From positions 10,226-74,225 of the forward strand of contig CAVZVJ010000011.1 of the NCBI GenBank assembly GCA_963778755.1: a stretch of DNA of 64,000 nt, given 5' to 3'. The notes under the pieces are model-generated. The model worked only from the letters and a program-made list of their open reading frames with translations. It did not search any database and had not been told where the DNA came from. A program made the position numbers and the translations under genes. The DNA is from an uncultured Acidobacteriota bacterium. GTDB taxonomy: Bacteria > Actinomycetota > Acidimicrobiia > Spongiisociales > ZC4RG35. Shown here in pieces: positions 46,497 through 56,500 of the stretch; the stretch's first letter is position 1; each line of letters starts with the position of its first letter.

Positions 46497-48173
46497 ATGA
46501 GGATGCGAGGTTTGGTGCTGCTGGTGGCCGCGATTTGGCTGATCGCCCCAGCGGTGTCCGCTGCGGATACGGTTGGCCTGGTCGATCCCCAAGCTGGTCT
46601 GTGGTACCTGCGCGACCAGAACGGGGTGGTCACGAGTTTCTACTACGGCAACCCGGGTGACTATCCGATCGTTGGGGACTGGAACTGTGACGGCGTCGAC
46701 ACTCCCGGCTTGTACCGCCAGTCCGACGGCTTCGTCTACCTCCGCAACTCCAACAGTCAGGGTGTCGCCAACATCCGGTTCTTCTTCGGCAACCCCGGCG
46801 ACATCCCATTGGCCGGCGACTTCGACAACGACGGGTGCGACACAGTGTCCATCTACCGGCCCTCGGAGTCCCGGATCTACATCATCAACGAGCTGGGCGC
46901 CAACGGCGGAGGGTTGGGAGCGGCCGACCTCAGCTACATCTTCGGCAACCCAGGCGACAAGCCGTTCGTCGGGGACTTCAACGGTGACGGGATCGACACC
47001 ATCGGGTTGCACCGGGAGTCGACCGGATTTGTCTACTTCCGCCAAACCCACACCCAAGGCAACGCCAACTCGCAGTTCTTCTTCGGCAACCCTGGAGACC
47101 GTCTGGTGGCTGGTGACTGGGGAATCGTCGACAACATCGACACGCCGGCCGTTTTCCGACCCTCCAACACGACCTTCTATTTCCGCCATACCAACACCCA
47201 GGGCAACGCCGACTCTCAGTTCGGCTGGGGAGCCTCCTCGTGGCTTCCGGTAGGCGGCTCCTACGGCTCACTCCCGGGCACCGGGCCTCCCGGTGGCTGC
47301 CCGGTCTTCCCCGCCGACAACATCTGGAACACGCCGGTCAACACACTTCCGGTGCATGCCAGGTCGGCCCAGTACGTGGCCAGGATCGGCGCCTCATCGA
47401 ATGTCCACGCCGACTTCGGAAGCGGTGTGTGGCCACCGGGCTCGACCAGCCCGATCGGCATCCCATACGTCAAGGTGGGCGCCAGCCAACCTGACGTGGC
47501 GGTTCAGTTCACCTCCTGGCCCGGGGAGAGCGATCCCGGGCCCTATCCGATACCGGCCAATGCGCCGGTCGAAGGGGGACCGTCCGCCGGCGGCGACCGG
47601 CACGTCATCGTGGTCGACACCGCTGACTGCGTCCTCTATGAGCTGTTCTCGGCCTTCCCCAATGGGAACGGCACCTGGAGGGCAGCCAACGGGGCCCGTT
47701 ACAACCTGCGCTCGAACGCCCTGCGGCCGGCGGGCTGGACATCGGGAGATGCGGCAGGTCTGCCGATCTATGCCGGCCTGGTGCGCTACGACGAGGTGGC
47801 GTCAGGAGTCATCCGGCATGCCATCCGCTTCACCGCACCTGACACACTGTCGGCCTACGTCTGGCCCGCCCGCCACGAGGCGTCGGATATCACCGACCTC
47901 TCGTACCCGGCGATGGGCCAGCGATTCCGCCTCAAGGCGTCGTTCGACATCTCGGGCTTCTCCACACAGGCCCGCGTCATCCTTCAGGCGATGAAGACCT
48001 ACGGGATCGTCCTGGCCGACAACGGGTCTCCGTGGTACATCTCGGGGGCGCCAGACGAACGATTCGACAACGACGTTCTCCACGAGTTGGACGTCGTCGT
48101 GGGCTCGGACTTCGAAGCCGTCGACGTGTCCAGTCTGATGGTCGACCCGAACAGCGGGCAAGCTGCGCCCTAG
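46497..48173 (+). CDS. Secreted protein with FG-GAP-like propeller repeats and a conserved C-terminal domain
   Basis: Signal peptide; four to five (F/Y)xGNPGD.P..GD(W/F)..DG.DT repeats; CPVFPADNIWNTPV...GDRH...DAAGLPI...DNG. Confidence 0.8.
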   Translation: MRMRGLVLLVAAIWLIAPAVSAADTVGLVDPQAGLWYLRDQNGVVTSFYYGNPGDYPIVGDWNCDGVDTPGLYRQSDGFVYLRNSNSQGVANIRFFFGNPGDIPLAGDFDNDGCDTVSIYRPSESRIYIINELGANGGGLGAADLSYIFGNPGDKPFVGDFNGDGIDTIGLHRESTGFVYFRQTHTQGNANSQFFFGNPGDRLVAGDWGIVDNIDTPAVFRPSNTTFYFRHTNTQGNADSQFGWGASSWLPVGGSYGSLPGTGPPGGCPVFPADNIWNTPVNTLPVHARSAQYVARIGASSNVHADFGSGVWPPGSTSPIGIPYVKVGASQPDVAVQFTSWPGESDPGPYPIPANAPVEGGPSAGGDRHVIVVDTADCVLYELFSAFPNGNGTWRAANGARYNLRSNALRPAGWTSGDAAGLPIYAGLVRYDEVASGVIRHAIRFTAPDTLSAYVWPARHEASDITDLSYPAMGQRFRLKASFDISGFSTQARVILQAMKTYGIVLADNGSPWYISGAPDERFDNDVLHELDVVVGSDFEAVDVSSLMVDPNSGQAAP

Positions 48174-48246
48174 GCCTATTTCAGGGTGACGGCGTGTCCT
48201 GGGGTGGCGTCGTCGCGGCCCAACCCGTGACCTCCCGTCTTGTGAT

Positions 48247-48944
48247 TCACTTCTCGACGAAGGTTGCGAGACCCCGCACTAGAAGTTCGACCCCGAACTC
48301 GAAGCGGTCGTCGGCTCCACCGGCCACCATTTCGGAGGTGACCGCCTTGAGATTGGGGAAACGGTCAGGCGATAGCCCGCCCATGTATTCACCCATGGCA
48401 GCCACCACTGGATCGTCTCCCATGGTGGCGAGGTGATCTTCGACCGCCTGAGCAGCACCAAACAGGGCGATCAGGTCACCAAACCAGGCAGCAGGGCGGT
48501 CGGGAATCCCCGCACCTCGCAGCACGCTGAGAAGCCATTCCACGATCCGCACCAGATTGGGCCCCATCGGCACTCGCCCGAGCGTGGCCAGGGCGATGTC
48601 GCGATGACGACCGAACATTCGCGTCCGGCCTGGGCGAACTCCCTTATCTGTTCTTCCCAACGAGCGGGATCTGGTTCGGGTAGTTCGATCTCGCCCATGA
48701 CGCGATCGAGGATCAAATGGATGAGCTGCTCCTTGTCGGCAACGTGCCAGTAGAGGCTGGCGGCGCCGGTTCCCAACTCCTCGGCGACCCGGCGCATGCT
48801 CAGGCCTTCCAGCCCGGCCTCGTCCAGCACCTGAAGTGCCACGGTAACAATCGCCTCCCGGGTCAGCGCCGAACGTGTCCCACTTCGCTTGGGGGAATCC
48901 CACCAGGGCGGGTCTGGAGCACGGTCGGCAGGGCGGGATTCCAC
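48247..48944 (-). CDS. TetR-family regulator with TetR_C domain (apparent 1-nt deletion near 48620)
   Basis: LTREAIVTVAL..LDEAGLEGLSMRRVAEELG.GAASLYWHV; C-terminus FEFGVELLVRGL is in the adjacent frame. Confidence 0.85.
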
Positions 48945-48975
48945 CGGGCCATTCTACCCTTTTCCCGGATCCAAC

Positions 48976-49044
48976 TAGAACACCGATCGTCTGAATCGAA
49001 CACCGTTTGACAACCCATGGGCGTCTTTATGGAATGATGTTCGA
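48976..49044. promoter_or_regulatory. Three GAAC-N3-GTTC-like operator sites with a SigA -35
   Basis: TAGAACACCGATCG, TCGAACACCGTTTGA (overlapping TTGACA 49007) and GGAATGATGTTCGA between the divergent TetR and ABC genes. Confidence 0.55.
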
Positions 49045-49047
49045 GTT

Positions 49048-50043
49048 ATGACGAACGATGTTCTGCACAACGACGAGGGAACCCCCGCCCTGGCGATTGA
49101 CTCCCTTCGCAAGAGTTACCCAGGCGACGTGACAGCCCTCGATGGGCTCGACCTGACGGTCACCGCCGGCACCGTTTTCGGATTGCTCGGGCCCAACGGC
49201 GCCGGCAAGACGACCACGGTGAAGATCCTCACCACGCTCTCTCGACCGGACGAAGGAACGGCCTTGGTCGCCGGAGTCGACGTCCTAACCGAGCCTGAGG
49301 CCGTGAGGCGTTTGGTGGGGTACGTTGCCCAGAAATCGGGTGCCGACCTCCAGGCGACCGGCACCGAGAACCTCGTGCTGCAAGCTCGAGTGTTTGGACT
49401 CGACCGGTCCCAGGCCCATGACCGTTCGGCTCAGCTGATGGTCCGCTTCGGACTCACCGAAGCGGCCGGTCGCCTGGTCAAGACCTGGTCGGGCGGGATG
49501 CGCAGACGGCTGGACATCGCCCTGGCGCTGATCCACACACCGCAGGTGCTGTTCATGGATGAGCCCACGACCGGGCTCGACCCCGAGGTCCGCGCCGATC
49601 TTTGGGGTGAGATCAGGCGGCTTCGGGACCAAGACGGGGTCACGGTCCTGTTGACCACTCACTATCTCGAAGAAGCCGACCAATTGGCGGATCGGCTTGC
49701 CATCATCGATCGCGGCCGCGTGGTCGCCGAAGGCACCCCATCCGAGCTCAAGGACAGCATGCAAGGAGACGGGGTTCACATCGAGTTGACCTCGACCGAA
49801 AACGCCGACAGGGCGGTGCAGGCACTCGACGGAGACTCCGGGCTGCGAGAGATGGTTGTCGAGGGTCGGAGCGTTCACGCCCGGGCGACACGAGGGGCAG
49901 AGGCAGTTCCTCGGGTCCTGGCCACCGTCAACGCTGCCGGCATCGAGGTAGTTGCGGTGACCGTCAACCGTCCTTCGCTCGACGATGTCTTCCTGAGGCA
50001 CGCCGGCCGCAGATTCACCGCCAGAGAAATGGAGTTCTCATGA
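49048..50043 (+). CDS. DrrA-like ABC exporter ATP-binding subunit
   Basis: GPNGAGKTT, WSGGMRRRL, FMDEPTTGLDP, TTHYLEEAD. Confidence 0.92.
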   Translation: MTNDVLHNDEGTPALAIDSLRKSYPGDVTALDGLDLTVTAGTVFGLLGPNGAGKTTTVKILTTLSRPDEGTALVAGVDVLTEPEAVRRLVGYVAQKSGADLQATGTENLVLQARVFGLDRSQAHDRSAQLMVRFGLTEAAGRLVKTWSGGMRRRLDIALALIHTPQVLFMDEPTTGLDPEVRADLWGEIRRLRDQDGVTVLLTTHYLEEADQLADRLAIIDRGRVVAEGTPSELKDSMQGDGVHIELTSTENADRAVQALDGDSGLREMVVEGRSVHARATRGAEAVPRVLATVNAAGIEVVAVTVNRPSLDDVFLRHAGRRFTAREMEFS

Positions 50044-50816
50044 CTGCTTTGGCCCACGCCACTTACATCGCCGGCCGCCACACCAAAGCGCTGATCCGCC
50101 AGCCCTGGTACGTGGTGGCCTCGCTGGCCCAGCCGCTGATCTGGCTGCTCATCTTCAGCCAGCTCTTCGAACAGGTTGCCGCCCTCCCCGGCTTCCCCAC
50201 CGACAGCTACGTCGCATACCTGACTCCTGGGATCATCCTGATGACGGCGATGTTCGCCAACAGCTGGAACGGCATGGGTCTGCTCGACGACATGGAGAGC
50301 GGGGTGTTGGATCGCTTCCTCACCTCGCCAGTTCGACGGAGCGCGATCCTCACGGGGGTCAACATCCAGCAGACCGCCTCGCTGGCGATTCAGGGGTTGA
50401 TCCTGATCGGGCTGGCCCTGTTACTCGGTGCCCGTTTCGAGGGAGGCCCATTGGGGGTCACAGTCCTGATCGGAGTCGCGGTCCTGTTGGGAGCCGGATT
50501 CGGAGGGATCTCGATGGGAACAGCGCTGAGCATTCGCCAGCGGGAGTCGGTCATCGGAATGAACCAGCTCCTAGTCCTACCAGGCCTCTTTCTCTCCACA
50601 GCCCTGATGCCGGCCGATCTACTGCCGGGGTGGATCGCGACCGTTGCGCGGTACAACCCGGTGAACTGGGCTGCCGTGGCCGCCCAGGAGGCATTGCTCT
50701 CAGCCAACCCGGAATGGGATGTCGTGCTGGGAAGAGTCGGGCTGCTTGGAGCTTTCAGCATCGCCGCGATCCTGCTCGGTACCGGTGCCTTCCGGAGCTA
50801 TCAACGCTCCATCTGA
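50040..50816 (+). CDS. ABC-2 type exporter permease (DrrB-like)
   Basis: Six TM, YLTPG, ARYNPVNWA; 4-bp overlap with the ATPase. Confidence 0.9.
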   Translation: MTALAHATYIAGRHTKALIRQPWYVVASLAQPLIWLLIFSQLFEQVAALPGFPTDSYVAYLTPGIILMTAMFANSWNGMGLLDDMESGVLDRFLTSPVRRSAILTGVNIQQTASLAIQGLILIGLALLLGARFEGGPLGVTVLIGVAVLLGAGFGGISMGTALSIRQRESVIGMNQLLVLPGLFLSTALMPADLLPGWIATVARYNPVNWAAVAAQEALLSANPEWDVVLGRVGLLGAFSIAAILLGTGAFRSYQRSI

Positions 50817-50880
50817 GCCAGTGGAGCGGGCACTGAAGCCGATCTGATCCGCATGGCATTTCCCCGACCAGCGGATATTG

Positions 50881-50970
50881 CGGAGAGGGAGGGATTTGAA
50901 CCCTCGAGGAGGCTTAACGCCCCCTACTCGCTTAGCAGGCGAGCGCCTTCGACCACTCGGCCACCTCTCC
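50881..50970 (-). tRNA. tRNA-Ser(GCU)
   Basis: GGAGAGG/CCTCTCC acceptor, CTCGC-CTGCTAA-GCGAG, long variable arm, G discriminator. Confidence 0.95.
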
Positions 50971-51002
50971 AGATGACGCCGGCGGCGAGCCGCCGACATA
51001 CA

Positions 51003-51030
51003 AAGTACCAAGTACTTGGTACCAAGTACG
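51003..51030. repeat. Four tandem GTAC heptamers
   Basis: AAGTACC AAGTACT TGGTACC AAGTACG abuts the tRNA-Ser(UGA) 3' end. Confidence 0.85.
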
Positions 51031-51117
51031 CGGAGGGGGTGGGATTCGAACCCACGAGACCCTATTGGGCCCAACGGTTTTCAAGACCGTCTCCTTAGAC
51101 CACTCGGACACCCCTCC
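51031..51117 (-). tRNA. tRNA-Ser(UGA)
   Basis: GGAGGGG/CCCCTCC acceptor, ACGGT-CTTGAAA-ACCGT, long variable arm. Confidence 0.95.
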
Positions 51118-51165
51118 ATGTGGTGCTTGACGTCGCACCCATGGCGTAGAACGTACAACGGGTCG

Positions 51166-51256
51166 CGGAGGGGGAGGGATTCGAACCCTCGAGGAGGCGT
51201 CAGCCCCCTACGGCATTTCGAGTGCCGCGCACTAGACCGGACTATGCGACCCCTCC
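51166..51256 (-). tRNA. tRNA-Ser(CGA)
   Basis: CGGCA-CTCGAAA-TGCCG anticodon arm, long variable arm, GAGGG-TTCGAAT-CCCTC. Confidence 0.93.
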
Positions 51257-51267
51257 AGGGTCGGTCG

Positions 51268-51358
51268 CGGAGGGAGAGGGATTTGAACCCTCGAGGGAGC
51301 GTAAACCCCCAACGGCATTTCCAGTGCCGCGCACTAGACCAGACTATGCGATCCCTCC
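51268..51358 (-). tRNA. tRNA-Ser(GGA)
   Basis: CGGCA-CTGGAAA-TGCCG anticodon arm, long variable arm, GAGGG-TTCAAAT-CCCTC. Confidence 0.93.
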
Positions 51359-51405
51359 TGGACGCCGGCCGGGACCGGCCAGCAGGGAAAGGATAATCCG
51401 CGACC

Positions 51406-51876
51406 GTGCCCCAACCCATATCGCCCTCTCGATACGAACCAGCGATGCGAATCGCCATCGAGGCCGCCTCTGCCGCCCTGGCGACCGGTGACGTGCCAGT
51501 CGGCGCGGTGCTTCTCGACGCCACGGGCGAGGTCGTCGAATCCGATCACAACCGCCGAGAGGAGCTGACTGACCCGACCGCACATGCCGAGATGCTGGTG
51601 CTCTCACGTCGGGCCCGGGCAATCGGCGATTGGCGCCTGAGCGGGCACACCCTTGTAGTCACCCTCGAGCCTTGCCCGATGTGCGCCGGCGCGGCGGTGT
51701 TAGCCCGCCTGGATCGGATCGTCTATGGCGCCACCGATCTCAAGACAGGCGCCGCCTGGTCCCTGTACAACATCCCGCAGGACCGGAGGCTCAACCACCG
51801 CATCGAGTTGGTCGAGGGGGTCCTGGCTGAGGAATGCGGGGAACTGCTCGAGACCTTCTTCCAATCGAGGCGATGA
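51406..51876 (+). CDS. tadA: tRNA adenosine(34) deaminase
   Basis: DVPVGAV, DPTAHAEM, TLEPCPMCAGA, YGATDLKTGA, FFQSRR. Confidence 0.93.
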   Translation: MPQPISPSRYEPAMRIAIEAASAALATGDVPVGAVLLDATGEVVESDHNRREELTDPTAHAEMLVLSRRARAIGDWRLSGHTLVVTLEPCPMCAGAAVLARLDRIVYGATDLKTGAAWSLYNIPQDRRLNHRIELVEGVLAEECGELLETFFQSRR

Positions 51877-51877
51877 C

Positions 51878-53039
51878 TCAGACCAGGGCGGCCTGAGCGA
51901 CTATGCGTCGATCCCAAATCGCTGTAAACGGTGGCTCCCAGCCCAAGGGCGATCGCAACACACCCGAAGGCGACCTTGTAGTTGAAGCCGTCGATCAGGA
52001 CGCCGACCGATGGCGCCGCGAGGAGAAGCGCAATATCAAAGATCGAGGTGAAGATCGCCATCGCCGATCCTCGCTCCGAAGTTCGGGCGCGACCAACGAC
52101 CTGGCTGGTCAGAATTGGGAAGATCGCTCCATGGGCCAACCCACCGAAGATCGCGGCGACAATCAACAACGGCACTGAACCTGCGATGGCGAGCATGGTG
52201 AGGCTCAGCCCATACGACACGAGAGCACTCACGACGAAAAGCCTTTGTGGAACCCGGTCGTAATGGGCGCCTCCCAGGATTCGCATCGTGGCCGCGGTGA
52301 CGCCATACACCCCGAAGAAGAGCCCGGTCGATCCGATCTGGCGCTCGTCCACATAGGTTCGGGTGAAAGTGAACACCGTCTCGAGGCCGATGCTGAAGAA
52401 CAGGGTGACCCACCAGATGGGAAGCAGGTTGCGTTGGACCAGCGAGTGCCAAAAGCCACGCCGGGGCCGTCGCCCCATAACTGGAAGGACGGGGAGCCTC
52501 CACACCAGGAGCCAGGAGATGACACCAGCGGTGGCTGACAAAACGAAGAGGGCAGGGAAACCGAATGCGTCGATCACCAGGTCGCCGGCTACCCCACCAA
52601 TCGCGATCGGGAGCAATCCGGATAGCCCGTACAGTGCCAACCCCTGGGTCCTGCGCTCGATCGGAATCGAGTCGGCGGCATAGGTGAGAATCGTCGTGAA
52701 CATGGAGATCTGGAGAACCCGCTGGGCGAGGAAGAGACCCCAGAGCCAAGGACCCCAAACCGTTGTCGTGGCGAGCAGCAGAACCACTACCGCGTTGAAC
52801 AGCCCGGTCACCAGCAGGACGGTCCTTCGGTGAGTGAGATCGAGAACCCGGCCCAACAGGGGACGAGCAGCGAGACCAAGGAACGCGGCGGCGGCATAGA
52901 GGACCCCGATCAGGGACTCGGTCACACCCAGACTGTCGAGGTAGCCCGGAAAATGGACCAAGAGAACGAAGGAAATCTCCTGCAGCAGGGCAGCTGCGAA
53001 CAGCTTTCCGAAGTTGGGGCCGTACCGGTTGGAAGACAT
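51878..53039 (-). CDS. MFS transporter (apparent +1 frameshift near 51927)
   Basis: About 12 TM with GRVLDLTHRR motif A. Removing one A gives VYAIWDRRIVAQAALV* ending at 51878 and removes a 150-bp overlap with tadA. Confidence 0.85.
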
Positions 53040-53113
53040 CGGTCGGCCGAAGGTAACAGGCGATGAGCCCGGACATGTCGCTCTACCTGATGGGCCTCGG
53101 TAGCCTTGCCTCC

Positions 53114-53386
53114 GATCGTGCTAGGTGGGGCGCTAGGGGTGCCCTGTACCCGAAATCCTCTACATGCGGGACCGAATTCCCCGCCCGAGGGGTGGCGTGA
53201 CGCCGGCCTGAGGGTGGATACGTGGCGTTGACGGTTGGGTCCTGCGCGGCGGGACACCGCGAATCGGGTCAGATCCGGAAGGAAGCAGCCCTAAGTGGAG
53301 CGTCCCGGGTGACGCAGGGCAGCCTGACCTGAGCCGGCGGCCATCGTCACCGTCGTCCACGTCTCCTCGACGGCGGGGGCACGATC
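53114..53386 (+). ncRNA. ffs: Large (Alu-domain) bacterial SRP RNA
   Basis: S-domain TCAGATCCGGAAGGAAGCAGC; Alu-like 5' GTGCTAGGTGGGG..GGTGCCCTGTACCCGAAATCC; 5' GATCGTGC pairs with 3' GCACGATC; -10 TAGCCT 7 nt before G53114. Confidence 0.9.
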
Positions 53387-53390
53387 ATTT

Positions 53391-53481
53391 GCTCGCTGCG
53401 CTCGCGGTACTGAGGTACTCGGTACGAAGGGTACTTGGACATGGTTCTGGTCCGGGTACCAAGTACCAGGTACCAAGTACG
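53391..53481. repeat. REP-like GCTCGCTGCGCTCGC followed by GTAC heptamer array and hairpin
   Basis: Eight GTAC words, the last four at exact 7-bp period (GGGTACC AAGTACC AGGTACC AAGTACG). Confidence 0.8.
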
Positions 53482-53504
53482 ACTTCGAGGAGGCAACGCC
53501 GGCT

Positions 53505-55382
<1,878 letters not shown>

Positions 55383-55406
55383 GGGGCGCCGGATGGTACC
55401 GGTTGA

Positions 55407-56402
55407 CTAGCCGCCCTCATTGACGGTGAAGTCGACTGAGATCTCATTGTCCGTGAGATCGATGTCGGCGGCCAGCCCCACGAGGGTGGCCGTCACCTGG
55501 TATTCCCCGCCGGGCTCGACCGACACATCTTCGAAGGCGACCGAGGTTTGGGCGTCCGGTTGAAGAGCGCTGACCTCCTGGTCCAGAGTCACCGCCTCGG
55601 CACCACCGGTCAGCACGAGGCGAACAGTGGATGGGGTGCTCATGACATTGCCCAGATTCGAGATCACCACTTGGAAGGTCACCGTGTCAGTGGAGGGAAG
55701 GACGACAACGTGGCTCGGGTCCACCTCCCACTGGGGAACAGTCATCACCTGACTAACTGACAGGCCCGGCCGCAAAGCCAAACCGCTGTTTGGTGAGCGC
55801 GCCGCCTCGGCATAGGCCGAGGAAAGGCTGACCAGCTCCCCATTGGCAGGGATGAGGATCACAGTTGGCATCGGAGCGGCGGCGTCCGGCACGTCTTGGC
55901 GGCCCATTTCCTCGACAAGCGCCAGGTAGAGGCGATCACCGGCGCGCAGCTCGGCGAGGGAGTTGGCGATATTGTCGACAACCACCGTGCTCGACGGATC
56001 GTCGGCCGCCGCGAGCAGCCCGGAGGTGTATCCCCCGATCCCGGCCTCCCAGGCGTCCAATGCCTGCCGGTAAAGAGCGTTGACCGCGAACAACGTGCCC
56101 GAGGGTGGGTCCTGGGCGGCGAATTCCCGCCCGACCGCGATATCGGCGCGAACGCCGTCAACGAGGGTCACCAGCTCGGTCCGATCGATCCGTGCGAGTC
56201 GTGAGACCACCTCGCGCAGGGCGTCACCCCTTGTGGAAAGGGCGACTGCTTGCTCCTGAATCGTGTTCAGATACTCGAGATCGGCGCGGGTATCGCGACC
56301 GGCGCTGGAGACGCCAACCGCGATCAGAGCCGCTGCCGTGATGAGGATCGGCCAAAGAAACCGGCCCAGCACTCGCTTTCGGGGCCTAGGTGGGTCGAGC
56401 AT
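55407..56402 (-). CDS. Membrane-anchored protein with C-terminal CARDB-like Ig domain
   Basis: N-terminal TM, helical region, VVISNLGN...EIDLTDNE-type CARDB signature (DIDLTDNE). Confidence 0.7.
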   Translation of the reverse strand: MLDPPRPRKRVLGRFLWPILITAAALIAVGVSSAGRDTRADLEYLNTIQEQAVALSTRGDALREVVSRLARIDRTELVTLVDGVRADIAVGREFAAQDPPSGTLFAVNALYRQALDAWEAGIGGYTSGLLAAADDPSSTVVVDNIANSLAELRAGDRLYLALVEEMGRQDVPDAAAPMPTVILIPANGELVSLSSAYAEAARSPNSGLALRPGLSVSQVMTVPQWEVDPSHVVVLPSTDTVTFQVVISNLGNVMSTPSTVRLVLTGGAEAVTLDQEVSALQPDAQTSVAFEDVSVEPGGEYQVTATLVGLAADIDLTDNEISVDFTVNEGG

Positions 56403-56500
56403 TACGTGGGCGAAAGTACACAGCTTTGGGAACCACCGGTAACTGCGCCGGGGCAAAAGTTGACGTTCTGCCGGAGCCTTGTGTGACAACATGCCCGGAG

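Noticed and set aside
42492-50970. Integrative element or prophage at the tRNA genes
   Set aside because: No integrase, no duplicated tRNA 3' end; the holin-family protein is a common chromosomal membrane family with no phage genes near it.
51031-51117. Opal suppressor or selenocysteine tRNA
   Set aside because: The anticodon is UGA (reads UCA Ser codons), not UCA; the acceptor stem is a normal 7 bp and no sel genes are present.
51003-53481. CRISPR array
   Set aside because: Units are 7 bp without unique spacers, and there are no cas genes.
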